From Gaiellaceae bacterium (lineage in GTDB: Bacteria > Actinomycetota > Thermoleophilia > Gaiellales > Gaiellaceae): 64,000 nt of DNA. The notes beneath the pieces were generated by a model. It was not told where the DNA came from. It did not search any database and saw only the letters and a program-made list of their open reading frames with translations. The stretch covers positions 17,142-81,141 of the forward strand of contig DASWEE010000144.1 of assembly GCA_036394915.1 (NCBI GenBank), given 5' to 3'. This document shows positions 1 through 9,534 of the stretch, in pieces. A program made the translations under genes and the position numbers. Position 1 is the stretch's first letter. The number at the start of each line of letters is the position of its first letter.

Positions 1-1415
1 GTGGTCTCGGAGCGATCGTGCTCGTGCCCGAGATCGGGCTCACGCCGCAGGCCGTCGGCCGTTTCCGGGTGCGCTTCGGCGACCGGATCGCGATCCTGCA
101 CTCGGCCTTGAGCGACGCCGAGCGCCGGGATGAGCGCGAGCGGATCGTCGGGGGCGAGGCCCGCGTCGTGATCGGCGCCCGCTCCGCCGTCTTCGCCCCG
201 GTCCGCGGGCTCGGCCTCATCTGCGTCGACGAGGAGCACGATGCCTCCTACAAGCAGGAGTCCGACCCACGCTACGACGCCCGGACGGTGGCCGCCAAGC
301 GCGCCTCGCTCGAGGGCGCCGTCGCGGTTTACGGAAGCGCGACGCCGCGGCCCGAGAGCTGGGAGCGGCTCGAGCGGCTCGAGCTCGGCGGCCGGCTGGC
401 GGGGCCGTTGCCGCCCGTCCGCGTCGTCGATCTCCGCTACGAACGCGGCTATCCGCTGTCGGCGCCGCTGCTGGCCGAGTTGGGGGCGATCGCCGAGTCG
501 GGCGGGAAGGCGATCCTGCTCCTGAACCGGCGCGGGGTCGCACCTGCGCTGCACTGCCGCGCGTGCGGCAAGACGATCCGGTGCCCGAACTGCGACGTCT
601 CACTGGTGCTCCACAGCGACGGTGTGCTCCGTTGCCATCACTGCGCGTGGGAGGAGCCCGCGCCGGAGACCTGTCCTGCGTGCGGCTCGGCCGAGCTCGC
701 GCGGCTCGGCGCGGGAACGCAGCGGCTCGAGCGGGAGCTGGAGGCGCAAATCCCCGAGCTGGAGCGGATCCGGTTGGACGCGGACACCGTCTCCAAGCCG
801 GGAGCGGCCGCCGAGGCGCTCGGCCGCTTCGCCGCCGGCGACCGCGTGGTGCTCGTCGGAACGCAGATGGTCGCGAAGGGACATCACTTCGCCGGGGTCG
901 CGCTGGCGGCGGTGGTGGACGCGGACACCGGGCTCGGCCTGCCGGACTTCCGTGCCGAGGAGCGGACGTTCCAGCTCCTGACCCAGCTCGCCGGCCGGAG
1001 CGGGCGCGACGCACCCGGGCGCGTCCTCGTCCAGACCTTCCAGCCCGATGCGCGCGCGATCCAGCTCGCCGCCCGCCACGACGTGCCCGAGTTTCTCGCC
1101 GGCGAGCTCGAGCGCCGCCGCGAGCTCGGCTATCCGCCCTTCCGCCATCTTGTCCGCATCGTCGCCTCGGGGCCAAATGCGGAGGGCCCGGCGCGGCTGT
1201 TGAGCGAGCTCAAGGCGGGCCTCGGCAACGGGGATCTGCTCGGCCCGGCCCCCCTGCTGCGGCTGCGCGGCCGCCATCGGGCGCAGCTCGTGGCGAAGAC
1301 CGAGCACCCGAGGCGGATCGCCGCGCGCGCGGCCGAGCTGCTCGTGGAAGCGGCGACAGCGATGCGAAAGGCGGGGCTCACCGCCGTCGTTGACGTCGAT
1401 CCGCAAAGCTTGTAG
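1..1415 (+). CDS. priA: Primosomal protein N' (PriA replication-restart helicase), C-terminal ~470 aa; 5' end outside window
   Basis: Frame is open to the window edge. Motifs: 'VDEEHD' (DEAH-type), zinc cluster 'CRACGKTIRCPNCDVSLVLH..LRCHHCAWEEPAPETCPACGS', 'GTQMVAKGHHF'. Confidence 0.9.
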   Translation, partial: GLGAIVLVPEIGLTPQAVGRFRVRFGDRIAILHSALSDAERRDERERIVGGEARVVIGARSAVFAPVRGLGLICVDEEHDASYKQESDPRYDARTVAAKRASLEGAVAVYGSATPRPESWERLERLELGGRLAGPLPPVRVVDLRYERGYPLSAPLLAELGAIAESGGKAILLLNRRGVAPALHCRACGKTIRCPNCDVSLVLHSDGVLRCHHCAWEEPAPETCPACGSAELARLGAGTQRLERELEAQIPELERIRLDADTVSKPGAAAEALGRFAAGDRVVLVGTQMVAKGHHFAGVALAAVVDADTGLGLPDFRAEERTFQLLTQLAGRSGRDAPGRVLVQTFQPDARAIQLAARHDVPEFLAGELERRRELGYPPFRHLVRIVASGPNAEGPARLLSELKAGLGNGDLLGPAPLLRLRGRHRAQLVAKTEHPRRIAARAAELLVEAATAMRKAGLTAVVDVDPQSL

Positions 1416-1417
1416 CG

Positions 1418-2170
1418 ATGCGCTACGGACTCGTCGTCTCGAACATCGGGACGCATTCGGACGTGCGGGCTGTCGTCGAGCTCGCCAAGGCGGCGGAGGA
1501 GGCAGGCTGGGAGGGCCTGTTCGCCTGGGACCACCTCGGCTTCGTCTGGGGCGTTCCCTCGGCCGACCCGTGGGTGCTGCTGACCGCCTGCGCAATGGAG
1601 ACGTCCCGCATCCTGCTGGGGACGGCGGTGACGCCGGTGCCGCGGCGCCGCGTCCAGAACCTCGCACACACGGTCGCGACGCTCGATCGGCTCAGCGGCG
1701 GCCGCGTCGTCTTCGGCGCAGGTCTGGGCGGGAACCGGAGCGAGTTCGAGCGCTTCGGCGAGGATTACTCGCGCAGGCGGCGGATCGCGCTTTTGGACGA
1801 GGGTCTCGACGCGCTCCGGAAGCTGTGGGACGGTGAGACGGTGAACGGCGTCACCCTTCAGCCGCCTCCGGTCGGCCGGGTGCCGATCTGGGTCGGGGGC
1901 AAGCGGCGTGACGCGCTCGAGCGAGCGGCCCGCTACGACGGCTGGCTCGCCGACAGCTCGGAGCCGGACCGGATGTCGCTCAGCCCTGGCGAGATCGCCG
2001 AGAAGGCGCGCGGGATCCGCGGCGACGTGGTCGTCACCGGCTACTCGTCGCTTGCAAACCCTCGCGACTACGAAGTGGCCGGCGCGACCTGGTGGCTCGA
2101 GAGTCTGCACGACCGCCGCGGCTCCCCGGAGGAGATGCTCGCCGTCGTCCGGGCCGGTCCGCCTGCCTAG
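1418..2170 (+). CDS. Luciferase-like (LLM class) flavin/F420-dependent oxidoreductase
   Basis: 250-aa ORF with ATG 3 nt after the priA stop. N-terminus 'MRYGLVVSNIG...ELAKAAEEAGWEGLFAWDHL' and 'GRVVFGAGLG' are typical of the LLM family. High GC3. Confidence 0.7.
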   Translation: MRYGLVVSNIGTHSDVRAVVELAKAAEEAGWEGLFAWDHLGFVWGVPSADPWVLLTACAMETSRILLGTAVTPVPRRRVQNLAHTVATLDRLSGGRVVFGAGLGGNRSEFERFGEDYSRRRRIALLDEGLDALRKLWDGETVNGVTLQPPPVGRVPIWVGGKRRDALERAARYDGWLADSSEPDRMSLSPGEIAEKARGIRGDVVVTGYSSLANPRDYEVAGATWWLESLHDRRGSPEEMLAVVRAGPPA

Positions 2171-2179
2171 ACTTCAGGC

Positions 2180-2749
2180 ATGGCCGACGCCGGACAGGTT
2201 CTCGAGGAAGAGCGCGATCCCCGCGAGGAGGCGCTGCGCGTCGCCGCGCTCTCGCAGGTCCGCCAGTACCCCGATCCCGTGCTCAAGATGCAGGCGCGCG
2301 AGGTGGAGAGCTTCGACGACGACCTCCAGCGCCTCGTCGAGCGGATGAAGCGGCTGATGAAGGACGCCTACGGGCTCGGCCTGGCCGGCAACCAGGTCGG
2401 CATCCTGCGCCGGGTCTTCGTCTTCCAGCCGGGAGAAGGCGACTCCCTGGCGCTCGTCAACCCGCGGATCCTGGAGCGCTCGGACGAATCCGAGACCGAC
2501 CAGGAGGGGTGCTTGTCGATGCAGGGCGTCCGCGTCCCGGTCGAGCGGGCGCTCTCGGTCACGGTCGAGGCGAACGATCCCGACGGCGGCGAGTTGCGGC
2601 TGGAGCTGACCGGGCTGACGGCCCGGGTCGCCCAGCACGAGATCGACCATCTCGACGGCGTCCTGATTCTCGACCGCACGGATGCAGACAGCCGCCGCGA
2701 GGCGCTGGCCGTCCTGCGCCCCCAGCCCGTTCTCGGCGCTTCTCGCTAG
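2180..2749 (+). CDS. def: Peptide deformylase
   Basis: All three deformylase motifs are present: 'GLAGNQVG', 'EGCLSM', 'HEIDHLDG'. Confidence 0.95.
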   Translation: MADAGQVLEEERDPREEALRVAALSQVRQYPDPVLKMQAREVESFDDDLQRLVERMKRLMKDAYGLGLAGNQVGILRRVFVFQPGEGDSLALVNPRILERSDESETDQEGCLSMQGVRVPVERALSVTVEANDPDGGELRLELTGLTARVAQHEIDHLDGVLILDRTDADSRREALAVLRPQPVLGASR

Positions 2750-2771
2750 TCCTAGACATAGGAGGTGGGCA

Positions 2772-3197
2772 ATGGCCCGCGTACGGAACCGCTGGATCGT
2801 CGCCGTCGCCGGCGGCATAACTGCCGCGCTCATCGCGGCATTTGCCTTCACAGGATCGGGAACGGCAAATCCCCCTCCGCCCAGCATTGGTCTTACTGGC
2901 CGAACTCTTGCGGAGGTCGATGCTCTCCAAAGATCAGAGCAGCTGTATTTCTTTCAGAACCACCGTCATTACACGGGACGACTTGGAGATCTGTTCGAGC
3001 AAGGTTACGGCGCAGACATCGCGATCAATCTGACCATGCCGCTAGATGTCCACCTCGACGTCAGCTCGAGTCGAAAGAGCGTGCTCATCCGAGTTACGGG
3101 GCCGACGGTGAGCCTCATGCGAGCTCTGCAGCGAGGCAACGAAGTCGGCCGAGGATGCCAGGTCATCGCGGACGCCGGTGGCTGTCCCGAAAGGTAG
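2772..3197 (+). CDS. Hypothetical membrane-anchored/secreted protein (141 aa), lower GC than its neighbours
   Basis: ATG at 2772 is preceded by AGGAGGTG. N-terminal basic stretch plus hydrophobic helix 'RWIVAVAGGITAALIAAFAF'. C-terminal Cys pair 'GCQVIADAGGC'. No family recognised. Confidence 0.6.
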   Translation: MARVRNRWIVAVAGGITAALIAAFAFTGSGTANPPPPSIGLTGRTLAEVDALQRSEQLYFFQNHRHYTGRLGDLFEQGYGADIAINLTMPLDVHLDVSSSRKSVLIRVTGPTVSLMRALQRGNEVGRGCQVIADAGGCPER

Positions 3198-3996
3198 TTC
3201 CTCAGGAACGCTGGCAATCGCTGCGACGGCTCCGTTCGGCGCCGACGTCCTCGAGCGCCTGGCCGGCCGGCACGAGCTCGCCTATCTGCTCACGCGGCCC
3301 GATCGGCCGCGCGGGAGGGGTCGACGACCCGGCCCGCCGCCGGCGAAGATCGTCGCGGAGCGGCTCGGGATCCCCGTCCGGCAGCCGGAACGGCTTGACA
3401 CCTCGTTCGACCCGGAGGCGGATGCGGTCATGGTCGTCGCCTACGGAGCGCTGATCCCGGACGAGCTGCTCGACCGGGCGCTGTGGCTTAACGTCCACCC
3501 GTCGCTCCTCCCCCGCTGGCGCGGGGCGGCGCCGGTCGAGCGGGCGATCATGGCCGGCGACCGCGAGACGGGGGTGACGATCCACCGGACGACGCCCGAG
3601 CTCGACGCCGGGCCGATCGCTGCGCAGCGAGCCTTTCCGATCGAGCCGGAGGACGATGCCGGTGCCGTCTACGCGAAGGCGGCTCCGATCGCCGCGGAGC
3701 TGCTCGACGGCGTGCTGGCGGACCCGAGCTTCGTCCCGCAGCCCGACGAAGGAGCGACCTACGCGGAGAAGATCACGGCCGACGACCGCCTGATCGACTG
3801 GGAGCGGCCGGGACAGGAGATCGTGGACCGGGTGCGGGCGCTCTCGCCGCACATCGGCGCGCGAGCGGAGCTGCACGGGCGGCCGGTGATCGTCTGGCGG
3901 GCGCGCGTCGAGGACGACCGCGTGGTGCCGGTCGAGGTCCAGCCGGAGGGCCGCAAGCGCATGTCCTACGACGAGTTCCTGCGAGGTCTGCGGTGA
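3178..3996 (+). CDS. fmt: Methionyl-tRNA formyltransferase
   Basis: 'LNVHPSLLPRWRGAAPVERAIMAGDRETGVTIH' is the formyltransferase core. The start is uncertain: ATG 3178 overlaps the previous ORF by 20 nt. Confidence 0.9.
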   Translation: MAVPKGSSSGTLAIAATAPFGADVLERLAGRHELAYLLTRPDRPRGRGRRPGPPPAKIVAERLGIPVRQPERLDTSFDPEADAVMVVAYGALIPDELLDRALWLNVHPSLLPRWRGAAPVERAIMAGDRETGVTIHRTTPELDAGPIAAQRAFPIEPEDDAGAVYAKAAPIAAELLDGVLADPSFVPQPDEGATYAEKITADDRLIDWERPGQEIVDRVRALSPHIGARAELHGRPVIVWRARVEDDRVVPVEVQPEGRKRMSYDEFLRGLR

Positions 3997-4619
3997 GCGA
4001 GGACTGGCGCCGGTACTACGAGGCAGCGGGCGACACGCCGCGCGAGACGCTCCTGTTTGCGCTCGCGCGCTTCGAATCGGAGGGCGTGGGCGACGGCCGG
4101 ATGCTGTTCGCTGTCGACCTCGGCTGTGGGACGGGGCGCGACACCATTGAGCTCCTTCGGCACGGATGGCGCGTGCTCGCCGTGGACGCCGAAGCCGAGG
4201 CGATCGAGCAGCTGCTCGCCCGGCTTGAAGGGCTCGAGGGCGCGAGCGAGCACTTGGCCACTCTCGTGTCGACATTCGAGCAGGCGACGTGGCCTCGCGC
4301 TGAGCTCGTAAACGCGAGCTTCTCGCTTCCGTTCACGTCCCCGGAGGCCTTCCCGGCCGTCTGGGACCGGATCCGCCGCTCGCTCGTCAGCGGTGGGCGC
4401 TTCTGCGGTCAGCTGTTCGGCGATCGAGACGATTGGGCTGCCGGGAAAGGCACCTCTTCGCACAAGGGCGAGATCACGTTCCAGACGAAGAACGAAGTGG
4501 AGGCGCTGCTCGAGCCCTTCACGGTCGAAAAGCTCGAGGAGATCGACGAGGACGGAAAGACGGCCGTCGGCGACCCGAAGCACTGGCATCTGTTCAACGT
4601 CGTCGCGAAGAAACCATGA
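3993..4619 (+). CDS. Class I SAM-dependent methyltransferase (TehB/TPMT-like)
   Basis: SAM motif I 'VDLGCGTGRDTIELL'. GTG start overlaps the fmt stop (GTGA). Confidence 0.8.
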   Translation: MSEDWRRYYEAAGDTPRETLLFALARFESEGVGDGRMLFAVDLGCGTGRDTIELLRHGWRVLAVDAEAEAIEQLLARLEGLEGASEHLATLVSTFEQATWPRAELVNASFSLPFTSPEAFPAVWDRIRRSLVSGGRFCGQLFGDRDDWAAGKGTSSHKGEITFQTKNEVEALLEPFTVEKLEEIDEDGKTAVGDPKHWHLFNVVAKKP

Positions 4620-4629
4620 TCGCAGTGTC

Positions 4630-5871
4630 GTGCCGGTAGCCCCAGCACGCCGAGCGGCCTACCAGGTCGTTCTGCGGGTGTTCGAGGACGGCGCCTATGC
4701 CGACCGCGCGCTCGTGCCCGCGGCGGCCGGTCTCGACGCCCGGGACCGCGCGCTCGCCCAGCGGATCGCCTACGGCACCGTCCAGCGCATCCGCACGCTC
4801 GACCACGGGATCGAAGCGCTGGGGCGGCGCCCCGTCCACAAGCTCGATGCACCCGTGCGCGCGGCACTCCGGATCGGGGCCTACCAGCTCGGCTATCTCG
4901 ACTCCGTCCCTGCCCACGCGGCGGTCGGCGAGTCGGTGGAGCTGGTGCGCGAGGCCGGGCTCGAGCGGGGGGTCGCGTTCACGAACGCCGTGCTCCGGCG
5001 CCTATCCGAGGGCCTGCGCGGCCTGCTCGCGAGCCTGCCCGAAGGAACCGCCGAGGAAGCCGCCCTCAAGCACTCCTACCCGGACTGGGTCGCCGAGACG
5101 TGGTGGCGCGAGCTCGGCGCCGACGACGCGCTCGCGCTGATGCAAGCCCAGAACGAGGCGCCGGAGACGGTCGTGCGCCTGAACCGGCGCAAGGAGGGGC
5201 ACGTCGACGGAAGGCCGGACCCGGATCTCCCCGACGCCCTCCACGTGGACCGCGTGGACGAGCGGGCGCTGGCCGAGGGCCTGATCTGGCCCCAGAGCCG
5301 GGGCTCCCAGCTCGCGGGGCTCGCCGTCGGCTCGGTCGAGGGCGAACGGGTGCTTGACCTCTGCGCCGCCCCCGGAGGAAAGGCGACGCAGCTCGCCGGC
5401 GAGGTGGTCGCGGTCGAGAAGCATCCCGGCCGCGCGCGCGAGCTCGAGGAGAACTGCCGCCGGTTGGGTGCGGACAACGTGACGGTCGTCTGCGCGGACG
5501 CGCTCGAGCTTCCACCCGGTCTGACGGGATTCGACCGTGTGCTCGTCGATGCGCCCTGCTCGGGCCTCGGCGTCCTCGCCTCGCGTCCTGACCTGCGCTG
5601 GCGCTCGCAGCCTCTGCCGGAGTTGCAGCTCGCCCTACTGCGCGCCGCCGCCGAGCGCGTCCGGCCGGGAGGGACGGTCACCTACTCGGTCTGCACGATC
5701 AACGCGGCCGAGAACGAGGAGGTCGTCGACACGTCCGGGCTCGAGCCCGAGCCGGTGGGCGACGAGTGGCCGCAGTTCCGCCATCCTGGCCGGCCGGAGT
5801 TCCTCCTCACGCTCCCGCACGTCCATAGGACGTCGGGCTTCTTCATCGCCCGCCTAAGATCCTCGGCGTGA
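4630..5871 (+). CDS. rsmB: 16S rRNA (cytosine967-C5)-methyltransferase RsmB/Sun
   Basis: NusB-like N-terminus, then 'DLCAAPGGK', 'DRVLVDAPCSGLGV', 'TYSVCT'. I chose the in-frame GTG at 4630 as start, because the tracked ORF's upstream part from 4393 overlaps the previous gene. Confidence 0.85.
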   Translation: MPVAPARRAAYQVVLRVFEDGAYADRALVPAAAGLDARDRALAQRIAYGTVQRIRTLDHGIEALGRRPVHKLDAPVRAALRIGAYQLGYLDSVPAHAAVGESVELVREAGLERGVAFTNAVLRRLSEGLRGLLASLPEGTAEEAALKHSYPDWVAETWWRELGADDALALMQAQNEAPETVVRLNRRKEGHVDGRPDPDLPDALHVDRVDERALAEGLIWPQSRGSQLAGLAVGSVEGERVLDLCAAPGGKATQLAGEVVAVEKHPGRARELEENCRRLGADNVTVVCADALELPPGLTGFDRVLVDAPCSGLGVLASRPDLRWRSQPLPELQLALLRAAAERVRPGGTVTYSVCTINAAENEEVVDTSGLEPEPVGDEWPQFRHPGRPEFLLTLPHVHRTSGFFIARLRSSA

Positions 5872-6545
5872 GCTGGGACGACTGGGTTCGCGGCGCCGAG
5901 ATCGAGCCGTCGCTCTACGCGGCCGATTTCGCGCGCCTTGGCGAGCAGATCGAGCAGATGCTCGACGCCGGCGTCCGTGTCTTCCACTTCGACACCGGGG
6001 ATGGGCACTTCGTCCCGCCGGTCACCATCGGGCCGATCGTGCTCGAGTCGATCTCGAAGCTCGTCCACGACGGCGGCGCGATCGTCGACTGCCACCTGAT
6101 GGTCGAGTTCCCGGAGCGTCACTTCGAGGCGTTCGCGAAGGCGGGCGGCGACAGCGTCACCGTCCACTACGAGGCCTGCGACGACCTACCCGCGGTCTAC
6201 GCCCAGGCGCGAGCCCAAGGTCTCGCCGTCGGGCTCGCGTTCAACCCGGAGACGAGCCCGGAGGACGCGGCGGCGGCGTCGGAGGCCGCGGACATCGTCA
6301 ACTGCATGAGCATCCACCCCGGATACTCGGGACAGGCGTTCATGCCCGAGGCGATCCCGCGGATCCGCAGGCTGCGCGAGCTGATCCCGCCGGAGCGCCA
6401 CGTCCAGGTGGACGGCGGCGTCGGCGTGGAGAACGCGCGCGAGCTGCGAGAGGCCGGCGTCAACCTGTTCGTGGCCGGCTCGAGCGTGTTCGGCGCCGAC
6501 GATCCGGTTGCGGCATACGAAGCGCTCGTCGCCGAGATCCAGTGA
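5868..6545 (+). CDS. rpe: Ribulose-phosphate 3-epimerase
   Basis: 'FHFDTGDGHFVP', 'MSIHPGYSGQAF', 'VDGGV'. GTGA overlap with rsmB. Confidence 0.9.
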   Translation: MSWDDWVRGAEIEPSLYAADFARLGEQIEQMLDAGVRVFHFDTGDGHFVPPVTIGPIVLESISKLVHDGGAIVDCHLMVEFPERHFEAFAKAGGDSVTVHYEACDDLPAVYAQARAQGLAVGLAFNPETSPEDAAAASEAADIVNCMSIHPGYSGQAFMPEAIPRIRRLRELIPPERHVQVDGGVGVENARELREAGVNLFVAGSSVFGADDPVAAYEALVAEIQ

Positions 6546-7480
6546 GCCTGGAACGAGCGCTGGAGCTGGCCGAACGCGGCCGCGGCACGACGCACCCGAA
6601 CCCGGTCGTCGGGGCCGTGCTCGTCCGCGACGGGGAGGTGGTCGGCGAGGGCTGGCACGAGCGCGCCGGCGGGCCACACGCGGAGGTGAACGCGATCGCC
6701 GCCGCCGGCGAGCGGGCGCGAGGAGCAACGCTGTACGTGACGCAGGAGCCGTGCTCCCATTACGGCAGCACGCCGCCGTGCGTCGACGCTCTGCTCGAGG
6801 CCGGGATCGCGCGCGTCGTCGCCGGCTCGCTCGACCCGCATCCGGAGCACGGAGGCGGCCTCGAGAAGCTGCGCGCCGCAGGTGTCGAGACAGAGCTCGT
6901 CGACTCGTTCGAGGCGCGGCAGCAGAACGAGGCGTGGCGCACCGCGGTCTCGAAGGGGCGGCCGTTCGTGACGTACAAGGTCGCGGTCACGCTCGACGGC
7001 CGCGTGACGGTGCCGGGCTCGCGCTGGATCTCCGGCGAGGAGAGCAGACGCCTGGTCCACGAGTTGCGGGCGTCCTCCGACGCGGTCGCGGTCGGGATGG
7101 GGACGGTTCGCGCCGACGATCCTTCGCTGACGGCGCGCGACGTGGAAGTGCGGAGCCAGCCGCGCCGACTGGCGTTCGGCAGTGGCCCGCTTCCCGAAGG
7201 GTCCGAGCTCGAGCTTCGCCCGGGGCCGCTCGGAGAGGAGCTCGCGCGGCTCGGGGAGGAGGGCGTCCAGTCGCTGCTGCTCGAGGGCGGGCCGACGCTC
7301 GCGACCGCCTTCCTCAGGGAGGACCTCGTCGACAAGTTGCTTGTCTTCGTTGCCCCCGTCGTGGGCGGAAGCGGCCCTCGCTTCCTCGGCGACCTGCCCG
7401 AGCCGGTGAGACTCTTCCGCTTGACGACGGACCCCGTCGGCGAAGACCTGCTCCTGACCGCGTACGTCCATGAACCCTGA
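6542..7480 (+). CDS. ribD: Bifunctional riboflavin biosynthesis protein RibD (deaminase/reductase)
   Basis: CMP/dCMP-type deaminase motifs 'HAEVNAI' and 'TQEPCSHYGSTPPC'. C-terminal reductase domain 'YKVAVTLDGR'. Confidence 0.9.
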   Translation: MSLERALELAERGRGTTHPNPVVGAVLVRDGEVVGEGWHERAGGPHAEVNAIAAAGERARGATLYVTQEPCSHYGSTPPCVDALLEAGIARVVAGSLDPHPEHGGGLEKLRAAGVETELVDSFEARQQNEAWRTAVSKGRPFVTYKVAVTLDGRVTVPGSRWISGEESRRLVHELRASSDAVAVGMGTVRADDPSLTARDVEVRSQPRRLAFGSGPLPEGSELELRPGPLGEELARLGEEGVQSLLLEGGPTLATAFLREDLVDKLLVFVAPVVGGSGPRFLGDLPEPVRLFRLTTDPVGEDLLLTAYVHEP

Positions 7481-7697
7481 GCACGAGCTCGTCACGCAGC
7501 TCTCGCGCTGGCTGTCCGGCCACCTCGGCGACGCCGAGCTGCTGAAGCTGATCGCGAGCGTGGGCAAGGAGGGCCTGTCTCTCGAGCAAGCGCAGGCCCT
7601 CGACGAGCTGGTGGAGGAGCTCAACCGGCCGCAGCGGCACTCGGCGCAGCTCCAGATGGTCGGGCGCGAGACTCTGGAGACGCTGGCGCTCGGCTAG
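7470..7697 (+). CDS. Hypothetical 75-aa protein embedded in the rib operon
   Basis: Very high GC3. Overlaps the ribD end by 11 nt and stops 10 nt before ribE. No family recognised. Confidence 0.5.
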   Translation: MNPEHELVTQLSRWLSGHLGDAELLKLIASVGKEGLSLEQAQALDELVEELNRPQRHSAQLQMVGRETLETLALG

Positions 7698-7706
7698 GTT
7701 TTCCAC

Positions 7707-8258
7707 GTGTTCACGGGGATCGTTCGGGAGCGGGGCCGCGTCGTCTCGTACGACGACGGCGAGCTGGTCGTCGAGACGTCCGTCGAGGGCGACATCGGCG
7801 ACTCGATCTCGATCGACGGCATCTGCCTGACCGTGGTCGCCCGCGAGAACGGACGCCTCGCCTTCAACGTCATCCCCGAAAGCCGGGAGCGCGGAAAGCC
7901 GTTCCGGGACGAGGTCAACGTCGAGGCGGCCGTCCGAGTCGGTGACCCGCTCGGCGGCCACATCGTCCAGGGACACGTCGACGGGGTGGGCCGCATCCGC
8001 AGCGTCGATCGGGACGGCGACGACGTGCGGATGTCGATCGAGGCGCCGCCCGAGGTCCTCCGCTACTGCATCGAGAAGGGCTCCGTCACCGTCGAGGGCG
8101 TCGCGCTCACGATCACCGAGGTCACGGACGACAGCTTCTCGGTCGCGCTCGTCCCGCACACGCTCTCCGTGACCACGCTCGGCGCCCTCGAGCCCGGCGA
8201 CGAGGTCAACCTCGAGGCCGACGTGCTCGCGAAGTATGTCGAGCGCTTGCTGCCGTAG
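7707..8258 (+). CDS. ribE: Riboflavin synthase (alpha chain)
   Basis: 'MFTGIV' N-terminus and duplicated lumazine-binding repeats 'GDSISIDGICLTV' / 'GSVTVEGVALTI'. Confidence 0.9.
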   Translation: MFTGIVRERGRVVSYDDGELVVETSVEGDIGDSISIDGICLTVVARENGRLAFNVIPESRERGKPFRDEVNVEAAVRVGDPLGGHIVQGHVDGVGRIRSVDRDGDDVRMSIEAPPEVLRYCIEKGSVTVEGVALTITEVTDDSFSVALVPHTLSVTTLGALEPGDEVNLEADVLAKYVERLLP

Positions 8259-8274
8259 GACTACCATTGCTCCG

Positions 8275-9534
8275 ATGGCTCAGCAGCTGACCGCCACACC
8301 CTTCGCCACGATCGAGGAGGCAATCGAGGACGTCCGCCAGGGCAAGCTCGTGGTGGTCGTGGACGCGGCCGACCGCGAGAACGAGGGTGACCTGACGATC
8401 GCGGCCCAGTTCGCGACGCCGGAGGCGATCAACTTCATGGCCACCCACGCGCGCGGCCTGATCTGCCTCTGCCTGTCGCCCGAGCGCTGCTCCGAGCTCG
8501 ACCTGAAGCCGATGACCGACCGGAACGAGACGCCGTTCGGCACCGCGTTCACGGTCTCCGTCGAGGCGCGCGAGGGGATCTCCACCGGCATCTCCGCCGC
8601 CGACCGGTCGCGGACGATCCAGGTTGCGATCGATGCCAGCAAGGGCCCGGAGGATCTCGTCCAGCCCGGGCACATCTTCCCGCTACGCGCGCGCCCAGGA
8701 GGCGTGCTCGAGCGCGCGGGGCAGACCGAGGCGGCGGTCGATCTCGCGCGCCTCGCCGGCCTGATCCCGGCCGGCGTCGTCTGCGAGGTGATGAACGAGG
8801 ACGGGACGATGGCGCGCGTCCCCGACCTGGTGCCGTACTGCGAGCGCCACGGGCTGAAGATGATCACGGTCGCCGACCTGATCGAGTACCGGCGGCGGAC
8901 GGAGAAGCTCGTCGAGCGCACGACTTCGGTCCGGCTGCCGACCTCCTACGGCGAGTTCACCGCCGTCGCCTTCCGCGAGCGGCTGTCCGGCAAGCACCAC
9001 CTCGCGCTCGTCAGGGGCGAGGTCGATCGCAAGGAGAACGTGCTCGTCCGGGTCCACTCCGAGTGCCTGACCGGCGACGTCTTCCACTCGCTTCGCTGCG
9101 ACTGCGGCGAGCAGCTCGAGCAGGCGCTTGCGCGGATCGGCTCCGAGGAGCGGGGGGTGCTGCTGTACATGGCCCAGGAGGGCCGCGGAATCGGGCTCCT
9201 GAACAAGTTCCGGGCCTACGAGCTACAGGAAAGCGGGATGGACACCGTCGAGGCCAATCTCGAGCTCGGGTTCCCGCCGGATGCGCGCGACTACGGGATC
9301 GGCAACCAGATCCTGGCCGATCTCGGCCTGTCGACGATCCGGATCCTCACGAACAACCCGAAGAAGATCATCGGCATCGAGGGCTTCGGCCTGACCGTCG
9401 TCGAGCAGGTGCCGATCGAGGTGTCGCCCAACGCCGAGAATCTCCGCTACCTCGAGACCAAGAAGTCCAAGCTCGGCCATCGCCTCCATCACCAGGACCT
9501 CCGATACGAAGTAGAGAATGCAGACGATGAATGA
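8275..9534 (+). CDS. ribBA: Bifunctional 3,4-dihydroxy-2-butanone-4-phosphate synthase / GTP cyclohydrolase II
   Basis: 'DRENEGDL' (DHBP synthase) and 'VRVHSECLTGDVFHSLRCDCGEQL' (GCH II zinc site). ATG 8275 chosen as start; the track ORF starts at 8236, overlapping ribE. Confidence 0.9.
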   Translation: MAQQLTATPFATIEEAIEDVRQGKLVVVVDAADRENEGDLTIAAQFATPEAINFMATHARGLICLCLSPERCSELDLKPMTDRNETPFGTAFTVSVEAREGISTGISAADRSRTIQVAIDASKGPEDLVQPGHIFPLRARPGGVLERAGQTEAAVDLARLAGLIPAGVVCEVMNEDGTMARVPDLVPYCERHGLKMITVADLIEYRRRTEKLVERTTSVRLPTSYGEFTAVAFRERLSGKHHLALVRGEVDRKENVLVRVHSECLTGDVFHSLRCDCGEQLEQALARIGSEERGVLLYMAQEGRGIGLLNKFRAYELQESGMDTVEANLELGFPPDARDYGIGNQILADLGLSTIRILTNNPKKIIGIEGFGLTVVEQVPIEVSPNAENLRYLETKKSKLGHRLHHQDLRYEVENADDE

